43,746 nucleotides of DNA. It comes from a virus (taxonomy: Duplodnaviria > Heunggongvirae > Uroviricota > Caudoviricetes). This document shows positions 1 through 8,502 of this stretch, one piece after another; position 1 is the first letter of the stretch; each line of letters begins with the position of its first letter. The stretch lies in the IMG/VR virus record IMGVR_UViG_2636416110_000005; one strand, written 5' to 3'. Below the pieces are notes generated by a model. The model did not search any database. It was given only the letters and a program-made list of their open reading frames with translations, and was not told the origin of the DNA. A program made the position numbers and the translations under genes.

Positions 1-19
1 CTATTTGATAAATATTAAA

Positions 20-1300
20 TTAATTTTTCATTGCTTCGTTATGGGGCATGGTTGGGGCAAACTCGCTTAACTGTGTATTTAACAAAGCTACCTGTGCATT
101 ATTGTTTTCAGACATCCATTTTCCGTATACCTGAAATACCATTTGCGCATCTGCATGGCCCATCTGGTTTGCTATAAATGCCGGGTTAGCACCAGCTGTC
201 AGCGACCAGCAGGCATAAGTATGTCTCGACTGATATGATTTTCGATGGCGGAGTCCGGCACGTTTTATCGCTGCGTCCCACATCTGCCTTATTGAGTCAA
301 CGGTAAAATGGTCACCATAATTTTTTACTCTCGCTGACACTTCAGGTTGAAAAACAAAGGTGCATTTTTGTTTTTCTGTTCTGCCATACTCTCTGAGGTG
401 AACATCAATGATATGCTCTTTGCTCAGTCTCGTTAATGTCATCTGACTCCGGAGAGCGTCGATTGCTGGCTTAATAAGATGAATGACCCGATTGGTTCCC
501 GCCTGTGTTTTTGGTACCGTGAAACGGTCTTTTGCTAAATTTCTCCTGATCATCATTGTTCCATTTTTCAGATCTATGTCCTCCCATCCAAGTGCACACA
601 GCTCACCAGGGCGAACTCCAGTATAAACAGAAACACACCATAAATTTTTTGCTTGCTGATTTCTGCACGCATCGATAAGACGGATAAATTCTTCCCGCGA
701 AAGAGGATCCGGAATGGTTCTTGATTCCTTTAATGGCGAGATCCCCTTAAACGGATTATCTGCCAGGTAACCGTTATCAACACCAAACTGGAACACGGCG
801 TTAAGATTTGTCATGTAATTATTTACAGTTACAGCCGATCTCCCTGGTTGTGTAACAATATAGTTACTTTTGGGGATCTGGTATCCAGTCAGTAACTCTT
901 TACGAACCTCCAGTAATTTTTCTTTATTAATCGATGAGGCAAGATTTTTTTCACCGATTATGCTCAGGATATTTTTGATGACGGCACGGTATGTGTTGAG
1001 TGATGTTTTGGCGACTTCAGTTTCTTTCAGTGCCAGAAATTTTTCAGCCAGTTCTTTTATGGTTAAATCTTGTCGGGCCTCACCAAATTTTTCCAGATTG
1101 CGTGAGGAGGGAAACTGTTTTGCATAGTCGAAAACACCAGTTTTTATTGCGTAACAAACAGAGGAGCGTAGTTCACCTGCAACGCGCCTGTTTTTTGCTG
1201 TGTCAGGAACCCCCAGATTTTCCCTGACTCTTACGTCTTTATAAACAAACCAGATACGTAATTTCCCTCCATGGTTTTCCACGCCTGTCGGATATTTCAT
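20..1300 (-). CDS. int: phage integrase, tyrosine recombinase (lambda family)
   Basis: ORF 20..1315 (431 aa); N-terminus MKYPTGVENHGGKLRIWF and C-terminal catalytic region typical of lambdoid integrases; followed by xis-like gene. Start probably ATG 1300 (MKYP, preceded by GAGAAG); 1315 is the alternative. Confidence 0.9.
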   Translation of the reverse strand: MKYPTGVENHGGKLRIWFVYKDVRVRENLGVPDTAKNRRVAGELRSSVCYAIKTGVFDYAKQFPSSRNLEKFGEARQDLTIKELAEKFLALKETEVAKTSLNTYRAVIKNILSIIGEKNLASSINKEKLLEVRKELLTGYQIPKSNYIVTQPGRSAVTVNNYMTNLNAVFQFGVDNGYLADNPFKGISPLKESRTIPDPLSREEFIRLIDACRNQQAKNLWCVSVYTGVRPGELCALGWEDIDLKNGTMMIRRNLAKDRFTVPKTQAGTNRVIHLIKPAIDALRSQMTLTRLSKEHIIDVHLREYGRTEKQKCTFVFQPEVSARVKNYGDHFTVDSIRQMWDAAIKRAGLRHRKSYQSRHTYACWSLTAGANPAFIANQMGHADAQMVFQVYGKWMSENNNAQVALLNTQLSEFAPTMPHNEAMKN

Positions 1301-1334
1301 TTCAACTTCTCTCATTAGTTAGTGTGGCTTTTAG

Positions 1335-1586
1335 TCAAGTAAGATGACGTCTTGGTCTCGCTGATGCCTGGCGCTCAATCCAGCGATCAATTTCTTCCAG
1401 GTTGTAAAAGCATGGACTGTTATCCCATGGCATACCGTCATGAGCGACATGCTTATATTCCCTTCCTTCCATAAACGATTTTTCCCGGGCCTTTTTTAAC
1501 GTACCTTTTTTTATTCCTTTCAGCGCAATTAACTGCTCTTCGGATACCCATTTGCCGGGAGAGACAATCATGATTACTTCGCTCAT
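1335..1586 (-). CDS. xis: excisionase-like protein
   Basis: 83-aa ORF immediately upstream of int on the same strand; size and position fit a prophage excisionase. Family assignment from position and memory, not a search. Confidence 0.55.
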   Translation of the reverse strand: MSEVIMIVSPGKWVSEEQLIALKGIKKGTLKKAREKSFMEGREYKHVAHDGMPWDNSPCFYNLEEIDRWIERQASARPRRHLT

Positions 1587-1658
1587 CGATTTCTTTATCT
1601 CTTACATCAGACGAGCGCCGGTTGCAGAATACCAGTCACAACCGGCGACAGTTGAACA

Positions 1659-4130
1659 TTAAGAATCAGCCTGACTCGGGATCAGTTTTTGCCAGATAAC
1701 TGAAACGTATTTTGCCTGGTAACGGGCGTCATCAAGTGCATTATGGCGCTCACCTTCGAATGGAATAGCCGTTCTGGCATCGAAGTCTATGGCTTTCCCC
1801 AGCTCAACGATTGTGCGTACATCGCGATCGTTGTAGTAACGCCACGGGCAGGGGATCCCCTGCCGTTCGTATGAACGGCGCAAAATCGTGTTGTCGAAGT
1901 TGGCTCCATTTCCCCAAACCTGAACAAAAAATTCACCGGAGTTTTCGTCGATAAATTCTCGCAATTGTAACAGTGCATCATCTAACGGGATTTCATCGGT
2001 CATAATGGCAGATTGCGCTTCGCGTGATTGCTTAAGCCACCATTTAATGGTGTCCCGATCAATGACTCCGCCAGCAGTTTCCAGATCGATAGTCTTACTA
2101 AATTCCGGTCCCATATCTCCGGTTTGCGGATCGAAAAATATTGCACCTATTGAGATGATCGGGGCATCAGGATTTTTTCCCATGGTTTCAAGGTCGATCA
2201 TTAGATGGTCACACGTCCTGCTGGTGGATGTGATTTCGTGATGACCGTTCACCTTAATTGGGTGATCTGCCGTCTCGCCAGTTTCATTATCGCTATTGTG
2301 ATGCTGATTGCCGCCAGTGTTCTCCTTGTGTGGATGTTCAGCGCCTTCCATTTCCTCCGGATCATCTTCCTGAACTTCAACCTGATACTCTTCATCGAAT
2401 GTTTCTTGGTATGTTGCGTCGCCCATCACCGCGCCACAATCAGGGCAGTTGCCGCCGCCGGTCTGACCGCAGGCGGTGCAGACTTTTTCCACTTCCTGTT
2501 GCGCTACTGGTTCAGGCTGTTTCGTTTCTGGCTCGTTTTGTAACGCATTTGGACTGTTTTGTTCCGCTTTTTGGTAGTTCCGTTCCGATTCATGCTGGTT
2601 CTGGTTCACAGAATCGCGGGTCTGGAGCCCCTTAACCCATTTCGGATCATTCGGGTCACTAATCCCTTCAACAAATTCACCACGTGATGCAGCAAGCAAC
2701 TTATCGGCGTCAGGCTGGCTGATATTGGCTGCCTGCATAATTTTGTTTACTTCGTCAGCGGTAACTTTTATCGGCTCTGGTTGTTCTGAATCTTCAGCGG
2801 TATCTACATTTTGCGGTAAGCCCGTGTATGTGCCATTTTTTCGGGCAAAATATTCTTCTTTTGTGATTTCAGTGGCGCCAGCAGCCAGTGCCTTATCCAG
2901 ACCAGAGAGTTTGTTTGCGCGACCGTATTTTTCTCCGTCCTTATCTGCGAAGAGGAAATAGAACGGCCCCTCACGCTCTACAGATGGTTCAGCTTCCGGC
3001 GCGGTTTCATTTTTTGGGATATCAGATACCTCAGTTTCCACTGCATCAGTTTGTGTTTCTGATGACTGGAGAACATCAACAGTGCCCAGGTCTGTTTCTT
3101 CATTCTCAAACACGCCCTTTGTCGTCAGGTATTCGCAGATATATTTGTTCAGTGCTACGGGATCTTTGTGAATGTCGATCGGACGCTCACGGACAAGGCC
3201 AAAAATAGTTTGGCGGTCGTAGCGAAGGGCATCAGGCTGTTTGCGCATTGATGCCGAGATACGCTTCCAGTCTTCGCGGTCGTTGTCGATAACTTCTTTT
3301 TTTGCCCAGCGATGGATGCTGCCGTCAATGTTTCCGGCATCCACATCACTAGGCCAGAGAGCGTAGGCCAGTTCGTCATCCAGTGTTTTCCATGTCTGCT
3401 TGTATTCGCGATGAATGGCAGCAATGACCGGGCTGATTTTTCCTGTTGAATTTTCAGTGTACTGTTGATTGGCTCTGGCGCGGGCGAGATCAACAACAGA
3501 CGTGTATTTTCCGGTTTCCTTGCGTTCACCTTCGCGACGTTTTTTCCAGATGCGCATCTCTGCCTGAATTTCGGGCCATTTAGCACCAGGAATACATTTA
3601 TGCTTAACCCACCCAATGGCGTGCAACTTAAGCTCCGGATACATGGCGTTAACTTCTGGCATTTTCATCAACGCTTCAACGATATGTCCGTCGAATGTTG
3701 CCATGTCTTCCTGCAACAATTCCTGTGCGCTAATAACCATATCAACGGTGATGTTTTCACATGTGTCGAACTTAACCATGACAGCGTTCTGTACTTCAGG
3801 GGCCAGCTTGTCAAAAGTGACGTTCATCGGATCGGATTCAGTCTCAACCGGGACAAAAGAAGCAGACTCCTCATCCCAGCGGTTTTCCTGCATATATTCA
3901 GCATCCCATGAATCGAGGGCAGGGCGGGGTATGCCAGGTTTATCCTCGCAGACAATAAATTTATAAGCGCAGTCCTGAGCAGCCGGATAATGTTCCAGGA
4001 ATTGCCAGTGAAATTTTGCTCGAGCACGGCGTTCGTCGCCAGCTTCAATGGCTGTGGCTACAGCCACAGCGCCTTCTTCCCTTGTTGCCAGTTCGTCAGG
4101 AATAGCGGCGCAAATAAAGACTTTACTCAT
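1659..4130 (-). CDS. large phage exonuclease with C-terminal DEDDh-type 3'-5' exonuclease domain (intact YdfE-like)
   Basis: ORF 1659..4166 (835 aa); C-terminal region has IDLETMG ... GNGANFDNTILRR ... HNALDDARYQ, resembling DnaQ-like DEDDh motifs. Occupies the slot of the truncated ydfE of K-12 Qin. Start likely ATG 4130 (MSKVF, GAGG 9 nt upstream); 4166 alternative. Confidence 0.8.
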   Translation of the reverse strand: MSKVFICAAIPDELATREEGAVAVATAIEAGDERRARAKFHWQFLEHYPAAQDCAYKFIVCEDKPGIPRPALDSWDAEYMQENRWDEESASFVPVETESDPMNVTFDKLAPEVQNAVMVKFDTCENITVDMVISAQELLQEDMATFDGHIVEALMKMPEVNAMYPELKLHAIGWVKHKCIPGAKWPEIQAEMRIWKKRREGERKETGKYTSVVDLARARANQQYTENSTGKISPVIAAIHREYKQTWKTLDDELAYALWPSDVDAGNIDGSIHRWAKKEVIDNDREDWKRISASMRKQPDALRYDRQTIFGLVRERPIDIHKDPVALNKYICEYLTTKGVFENEETDLGTVDVLQSSETQTDAVETEVSDIPKNETAPEAEPSVEREGPFYFLFADKDGEKYGRANKLSGLDKALAAGATEITKEEYFARKNGTYTGLPQNVDTAEDSEQPEPIKVTADEVNKIMQAANISQPDADKLLAASRGEFVEGISDPNDPKWVKGLQTRDSVNQNQHESERNYQKAEQNSPNALQNEPETKQPEPVAQQEVEKVCTACGQTGGGNCPDCGAVMGDATYQETFDEEYQVEVQEDDPEEMEGAEHPHKENTGGNQHHNSDNETGETADHPIKVNGHHEITSTSRTCDHLMIDLETMGKNPDAPIISIGAIFFDPQTGDMGPEFSKTIDLETAGGVIDRDTIKWWLKQSREAQSAIMTDEIPLDDALLQLREFIDENSGEFFVQVWGNGANFDNTILRRSYERQGIPCPWRYYNDRDVRTIVELGKAIDFDARTAIPFEGERHNALDDARYQAKYVSVIWQKLIPSQADS

Positions 4131-4222
4131 TTGTTTTAACCTCATGACAGATTTAAGGATGAACAAATCCCTGCCATTGCTGGCATATAAGAATGAAACC
4201 GGATATTTATTACGGAACTGTT

Positions 4223-4414
4223 TTAAAGACCTGCCGGGATTTCGATATTATCCTGGTGAATAACTTTATCGACCGGGTAACAGTTACCGGGAATTTTCTG
4301 TTCGGTTGCTGCAGTCATACACTCCTGCATTGTCCTGTGAACACTGACTGCAATATCAACTGGCTCTCCGGAAACAAGAAAAACTGTCAGAACAAGCACA
4401 AATGCTGAATTCAT
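4223..4414 (-). CDS. ydfD: YdfD-like small lysis protein
   Basis: 63-aa product MNSAFVLVLTVFLVSGEPVDIAVSVHRTMQECMTAATEQKIPGNCYPVDKVIHQDNIEIPAGL with N-terminal hydrophobic segment; matches remembered K-12 YdfD; start overlaps dicB stop by 4 nt. Confidence 0.8.
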   Translation of the reverse strand: MNSAFVLVLTVFLVSGEPVDIAVSVHRTMQECMTAATEQKIPGNCYPVDKVIHQDNIEIPAGL

Positions 4415-4599
4415 TGTGCACATCCTTTTGGCATCAGACGTAAACGAGCCAGCATTGAAACAATGCATATTTTATTTAATAGCTCCCGTTCTTGTTTTCT
4501 CTTGTTAATGGCATCTTCAGTAAATACTGGGTTACTGATAGTGACACCAATTTCAAAACAACCTTCAGACGTATTAACGTTTGGTAATAACGTTTTCAT
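4411..4599 (-). CDS. dicB: cell-division inhibitor DicB
   Basis: 62-aa product MKTLLPNVNTSEGCFEIGVTISNPVFTEDAINKRKQERELLNKICIVSMLARLRLMPKGCAQ, internal start of ORF 4411..4704; matches remembered K-12 DicB; lies downstream of DicF. Confidence 0.88.
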   Translation of the reverse strand: MKTLLPNVNTSEGCFEIGVTISNPVFTEDAINKRKQERELLNKICIVSMLARLRLMPKGCAQ

Positions 4600-4764
4600 T
4601 ATCGCGTCCTCAACAATGAATTTTGTGATGCAGTGCCTGGTGCCTCCAGGTGACGTTAACCAGTTAACAATTAACGCCGGATACAGAGAATCCACCCATA
4701 ACACTGTTTTTGGTTTTAACTGTTCCGCGTGCGCTCAGCCGCATTCACCACATCACAAAATTCA

Positions 4765-4812
4765 CTTTAAAAAGGGCGGCAGAGCAGTCACGGAGTAAAA
4801 CTGATACCGCCA
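4765..4812 (-). terminator. Rho-independent terminator forming the DicF 3' end
   Basis: GGCGG ... CCGCC stem within the DicF 3' half followed by TTTTT on the transcribed strand. Confidence 0.6.
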
Positions 4813-4826
4813 AACGTCACCAGAAA
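4774..4826 (-). ncRNA. dicF: DicF small RNA (53 nt)
   Basis: Reverse complement of 4774..4826 reads TTTCTGGTGACGTTTGGCGGTATCAGTTTTACTCCGTGACTGCTCTGCCGCCC, the remembered DicF sequence; followed on the minus strand by a T-run (4765..4773). Confidence 0.88.
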
Positions 4827-5166
4827 ATTGATAACAGAGGGCGTTGCAGCGGGGTTGTCACTTAAGCGTATGGTCAACCTGACAACCCGGTGTCCTCAAC
4901 GGGGAAGGAATAACCCCGCCATACTTACCGCCGCGCCATTTCGCGGGTTGCCACAACCGGAAGCGCACGGTCGACGAAAATTTAACGACAGGCTATCTAT
5001 GAACCAGCTACCTCGCCGTGCGCTTTCGCGTTATGGTCTGACTTTTCAGGGAAATATCCTTTCAGTAAACTGTCAGTTCCGGATGCGCACCCGTGTCCGG
5101 CGCACGCACTCCACCTCACCCGTGGAGAACTCCTTAATTACTAACCTTAGCTTTGTTGATTAGCTA

Positions 5167-5385
5167 CTAACGCGGGTATGTAATCATTCTGGCAATGCTT
5201 AATGCCGCTGCTTTTTCCAGATTGGTGATATCCTGCTCCAGAGCGGACAGATTTTCAGCCTGCTTAGCCCTGGCTTCATTAGCCCATTTCAGATCCTGCG
5301 CTGCATTAATTTTCTGGCGCATCCACTCATAAAGTTCATCATCGGTATAGTCTGGCGCGATGATGACGGGTTCTCGTTTCTGCAT
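5167..5385 (-). CDS. ydfC: YdfC-like protein, dicB operon
   Basis: 72-aa ORF MQKREPVIIAPDYTDDELYEWMRQKINAAQDLKW...; size and sequence match remembered K-12 YdfC; upstream of dicF on the same strand. Confidence 0.8.
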   Translation of the reverse strand: MQKREPVIIAPDYTDDELYEWMRQKINAAQDLKWANEARAKQAENLSALEQDITNLEKAAALSIARMITYPR

Positions 5386-5414
5386 ACTGATTCCTCGCGG
5401 TGCTGTTTCGCTTA

Positions 5415-5543
5415 TCAGCCGTTAGATTTTGCCGAACTGGAAAGCGCCTGTTTAAACTCACTGAAGCTGAGAGCTTCTTCGCCTTCGGCAAGGCCTTCGA
5501 AGTATTCTTCGTAAGCCTTTTCCATGATTGTGTCGAAATCCAT
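5415..5543 (-). CDS. ydfB: YdfB-like small protein (42 aa)
   Basis: Read by hand, below the ORF-track cutoff: MDFDTIMEKAYEEYFEGLAEGEEALSFSEFKQALSSSAKSNG; ATG 5543 lies 2 nt after the ydfA stop; the overlapping 69-aa ORF 5339..5548 is in another frame. Confidence 0.7.
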   Translation of the reverse strand: MDFDTIMEKAYEEYFEGLAEGEEALSFSEFKQALSSSAKSNG

Positions 5544-5544
5544 A

Positions 5545-5700
5545 TCACTCACCTGAGTTTCTTTCCAGCCAGCGACGGGCACCATTTTCGGTTTTAAACG
5601 TTTTGCTTTTGGTATACGTCATTGCGGTGAACGTGCCGTCCTGGTTTGGAAACACGCCGTACACCAGAGATTCGTTGTTGCCAAGATCGATAGTATCCAT
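5545..5700 (-). CDS. ydfA: YdfA-like protein (51 aa)
   Basis: Internal start of ORF 5545..5778: MDTIDLGNNESLVYGVFPNQDGTFTAMTYTKSKTFKTENGARRWLERNSGE; first gene of the leftward dicB operon. Confidence 0.75.
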   Translation of the reverse strand: MDTIDLGNNESLVYGVFPNQDGTFTAMTYTKSKTFKTENGARRWLERNSGE

Positions 5701-5780
5701 GCTGACCTCATTTCCCCTTAACGCTGGGGTAGCGGAACTGTTTGCTGAGAACACCGTGCGGTGTGTTGATGCAAACAAGA

Positions 5781-5795
5781 TTAGCCATGACTAAC
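5781..5795. promoter_or_regulatory. operator-like imperfect palindrome TTAGCCATGACTAAC in the dicA-ydfA spacer
   Basis: Near-repeat of the palindrome at 6326..6341; sits between dicA stop and ydfA start where a leftward early promoter/operator is expected. Confidence 0.4.
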
Positions 5796-5866
5796 ATATC
5801 GGTCAAGTGATTTTGTATGCTATAGCTAACATAATTGATGTGGTAAAAGATAACTCATTGATGATG

Positions 5867-6274
5867 TTATCTTTTATTTGTCCGCTGACGGGCTTTTAGT
5901 AATTCTTCAAAGAGTTTATTGAAGTTTTTTACTCGAGCTCGCATTTCGGCGAGCTGGGTATCCTGTTCTGATTCTGGCAGTGCATTAAACAGCTCAAGGA
6001 GCTCTAGTTCTTTGGGGGATAAGGCAACTGGCTTCTCAACAGGTGGTGTTGGTTGCTTGTCTTCATCGCCAAATAGAATCCATGTTGGTGAGCATTGCAA
6101 TACTTTGCTGAGGGCAAAAAGGTTCTTCCCTGTAGGTTCACTATCACCCCGTTCCCATTGTGATACAGACACATGGGAGATTTTCAGGGCTTTAGCAAGA
6201 GACCTTTGGGTGTGTTTGAGGTTTTTCCGACGATACCTGATGCGTTCGCCGATAGTTAAATTTTTTGTTTCCAT
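5867..6274 (-). CDS. dicA: HTH XRE-family repressor DicA (cI analogue)
   Basis: 135-aa ORF METKNLTIGERIRYRRKNLKHTQRSLAKALKISHVSVSQWERG...; matches remembered K-12 DicA; divergent from dicC. Confidence 0.9.
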   Translation of the reverse strand: METKNLTIGERIRYRRKNLKHTQRSLAKALKISHVSVSQWERGDSEPTGKNLFALSKVLQCSPTWILFGDEDKQPTPPVEKPVALSPKELELLELFNALPESEQDTQLAEMRARVKNFNKLFEELLKARQRTNKR

Positions 6275-6325
6275 AGTTAGCTAATGCTAAATCGTATTGA
6301 CTATGTTTTTGTTAACATCTATCTT

Positions 6326-6341
6326 GTTAGTTATGACTAAC
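6326..6341. promoter_or_regulatory. operator-like palindrome GTTAGTTATGACTAAC in the dicA/dicC divergent promoter region
   Basis: Inverted repeat GTTAGT..ACTAAC centred in the 83-bp dicA-dicC spacer; related GTTAGCTAATGC motif at about 6277; related copy at 5781. Confidence 0.45.
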
Positions 6342-6357
6342 AATAAAGGTGTTTTAA

Positions 6358-6588
6358 ATGCTTAAAACTGACGCTCTTTTGTATTTCGGTTCAAAAACAA
6401 AACTTGCACAAGCAGCAGGTATTCGTTTGGCTTCGCTTTATAGCTGGAAAGGGGATTTAGTTCCCGAAGGTCGCGCGATGCGTCTACAGGAGGCATCTGG
6501 CGGGGAGCTTCAGTATGATCCCAAAGTTTATGATGAATATCGTAAGACGAAGCGGGCGGGGCGGTTGAACAATGAAAATCACTCCTGA
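6358..6588 (+). CDS. dicC: Cro-like regulator DicC
   Basis: 76-aa ORF MLKTDALLYFGSKTKLAQAAGIRLASLYSWKGDLVPEGRAMRLQEASGGELQYD...; matches remembered K-12 DicC. Confidence 0.88.
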   Translation: MLKTDALLYFGSKTKLAQAAGIRLASLYSWKGDLVPEGRAMRLQEASGGELQYDPKVYDEYRKTKRAGRLNNENHS

Positions 6589-7093
6589 ACAGGCTCGTGA
6601 GGCTCTGGATGCCTGGATATGTCGACCAGGAATGACACAGGAGCAGGCGACGATATTAATCACTGAAGCATTCTGGGCTTTGAAAGAGCGCCCGAACATC
6701 GATGTTCAGCGTGTCACATATGAAGGTGGCGCGATTGATCAGCGAGCGCTTGGCGTTAATCGAGTGAAGATATTTGAACGCTGGAAGGCTATCGACACCA
6801 GGGATAAGCGTGAAAAGTTCACGGCGCTAGTGCCTGCAATTATGGAGGCTATCCGGATTAATGATTTCAGGTTGTATCGTGAAATTACTGACGGAAAAAG
6901 CATCACGTGCATGATCGCCGGGTTAAACAAAGAATATGGCGATGTGGTGGAGTCCGGACTGCTTTTTGCTGATCCTGCCGTAGTGGATCGTGAAACTGAC
7001 GAACTTATAGAAAAAGCAATTGCTTTCAAACTTGCGTATCGACAGCAATACCAACAAAAAGCTGGATGGAATTATGAGCCTTCTTTTTGCTGA
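6572..7093 (+). CDS. hypothetical early protein (cII/YdaT-like position)
   Basis: 173-aa ORF overlapping dicC stop, same strand; function not recognised. Confidence 0.55.
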   Translation: MKITPEQAREALDAWICRPGMTQEQATILITEAFWALKERPNIDVQRVTYEGGAIDQRALGVNRVKIFERWKAIDTRDKREKFTALVPAIMEAIRINDFRLYREITDGKSITCMIAGLNKEYGDVVESGLLFADPAVVDRETDELIEKAIAFKLAYRQQYQQKAGWNYEPSFC

Positions 7094-8039
7094 ACGCCCA
7101 CTGGTTATAAACACGCAGCTGGCAATGAAAATTGGCTTAAACGAAGCCATTGTTTTGCAACAACTGCACTACTGGTTGAGAGATACCAACTCCGGCATGG
7201 AATGTGATGGTGTTCGCTGGATTTATAACACAACGGAACAATGGCTGGAACAGTTCCCATTCTGGTCAGAGTCAACGTTAAAGCGCGCGTTTGCAAGTCT
7301 GAAAACGCTGGGGCTTTTGCGTTGTGAAAAGCTCAATAAATCAAAGCGCGATATGACCAATTTCTACACGATCAACTATGGGAGCGAGCTTTTAGATGGT
7401 GGCAAATTGAGCGAATCCATCGGTTCAAAATGCGCCGCTCCATCAGGTCAAAATGACACGATGGAAGAGGTCAAAATGAAACGCTCCATTGGTTCAAAAC
7501 GACCCAATGTCATCGGGTCAAAATGGCCTGATGATCTTACAGAGAATACAACAGAGATTACTACAGAGAATAAAAACACTTTTCGTCCGGAAGCTTCGCA
7601 ACCGGACCCGCAGACGACTGAACAGGATTTTTTAACCCGGAACTCCGACGCGGTTGTGTTTAGTGCGAAAAAACGCCAGTGGGGTAGCAGGGAGGATTTG
7701 GCGTGTGCGCAGTGGATCTGGGGGCGGATCGTGGGTCTCTACGAACAGGCAGCCAGTGATGATGGCGAGATCATGCGACCAAAAGAGCCTAACTGGACTG
7801 CCTGGGCCAATGACGTGCGCACAATGCGGATGCTGGATGGCAGAAGCCACAGACAAATTTGCGAAATGTTTGGTCGGGTTCAGCGAGATCCATTCTGGGT
7901 AAAAAACATCATGAGCCCGTCAAAGCTCCGCGAAAAATGGGACGAACTGGTCATCCGCCTGGGACGTTCACCTGTACAGCGTTGTGTTAATCATATTTCT
8001 GAACCGGATACAGAAATTCCGCCTGGTTTCAGAGGATAA
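7074..8039 (+). CDS. phage replication initiation protein (replisome-organizer-like)
   Basis: ORF 7020..8039; N-terminal LLFAERPLVINTQLAMKIGLNEAIVLQQLHYWL resembles replisome-organizer N-terminal HTH domains; start likely ATG 7074 (MSLLF) with GGATGG upstream; 7020 alternative. Confidence 0.7.
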   Translation: MSLLFAERPLVINTQLAMKIGLNEAIVLQQLHYWLRDTNSGMECDGVRWIYNTTEQWLEQFPFWSESTLKRAFASLKTLGLLRCEKLNKSKRDMTNFYTINYGSELLDGGKLSESIGSKCAAPSGQNDTMEEVKMKRSIGSKRPNVIGSKWPDDLTENTTEITTENKNTFRPEASQPDPQTTEQDFLTRNSDAVVFSAKKRQWGSREDLACAQWIWGRIVGLYEQAASDDGEIMRPKEPNWTAWANDVRTMRMLDGRSHRQICEMFGRVQRDPFWVKNIMSPSKLREKWDELVIRLGRSPVQRCVNHISEPDTEIPPGFRG

Positions 8040-8079
8040 GTGTTGATTTCAGGTCATGAGGTAATTTTAAGGGGGACTT

Positions 8080-8502
8080 GTGGCAAAAGTTTTTACACAA
8101 GAAGAGCGGGAAAAAATTAAATGGCAGGTGGTGGAACTCGTGCGCCAGAGCGGCCGTGAGACGTTACGGCAACTGGAAGCTAAAACAGGTGCGACTAGAT
8201 ATCTGATGAGCGTTCTTGCCAGAGAGCTGGTAGCCAGTGGCGATGTATACAACTCCGGCTACGGGTTATTCCCCTCTGAACAGGCGCGTAAGGACTGGCA
8301 AAACGCCCGCAAAAAACTCTCGAGGGCAAAGGTGAAGAAACCTGCTGTGGTTGATCCGGACCTTATCTGGTCATCACCTGACGGAGAAATACGTCGCTAC
8401 GACAGTCGCCTAAACATAATCTGTCGCGAGTGCCGGAAGAGCGAAGTTATGCAGCGCATACTGGCTTTCTATCAGGGTAATTTTCAGGACGTGGCGCAGT
8501 GA
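8080..8502 (+). CDS. hypothetical protein with N-terminal winged-helix-like segment
   Basis: 140-aa ORF with RBS GGGGGA upstream; stop TGA overlaps GTG start of the next ORF (GTGA), indicating translational coupling. Confidence 0.6.
   Translation: MAKVFTQEEREKIKWQVVELVRQSGRETLRQLEAKTGATRYLMSVLARELVASGDVYNSGYGLFPSEQARKDWQNARKKLSRAKVKKPAVVDPDLIWSSPDGEIRRYDSRLNIICRECRKSEVMQRILAFYQGNFQDVAQ

Noticed and set aside
2005-3966. Multiple plus-strand ORFs (78-153 aa) inside the exonuclease gene
   Set aside because: Antisense to the 823-aa exonuclease ORF; no RBS and no recognisable domains.
4828-5163. 111-aa plus-strand ORF in the dicF-ydfC spacer
   Set aside because: Lies in the GC-rich structured spacer from which DicF is processed; opposite to the direction of the dicB operon; Arg/Pro-rich.
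5339-5548. 69-aa minus-strand ORF overlapping ydfB in another frame
   Set aside because: The alternative frame gives the 42-aa YdfB-like peptide with start 2 nt after the ydfA stop; the 69-aa frame is basic low-complexity.
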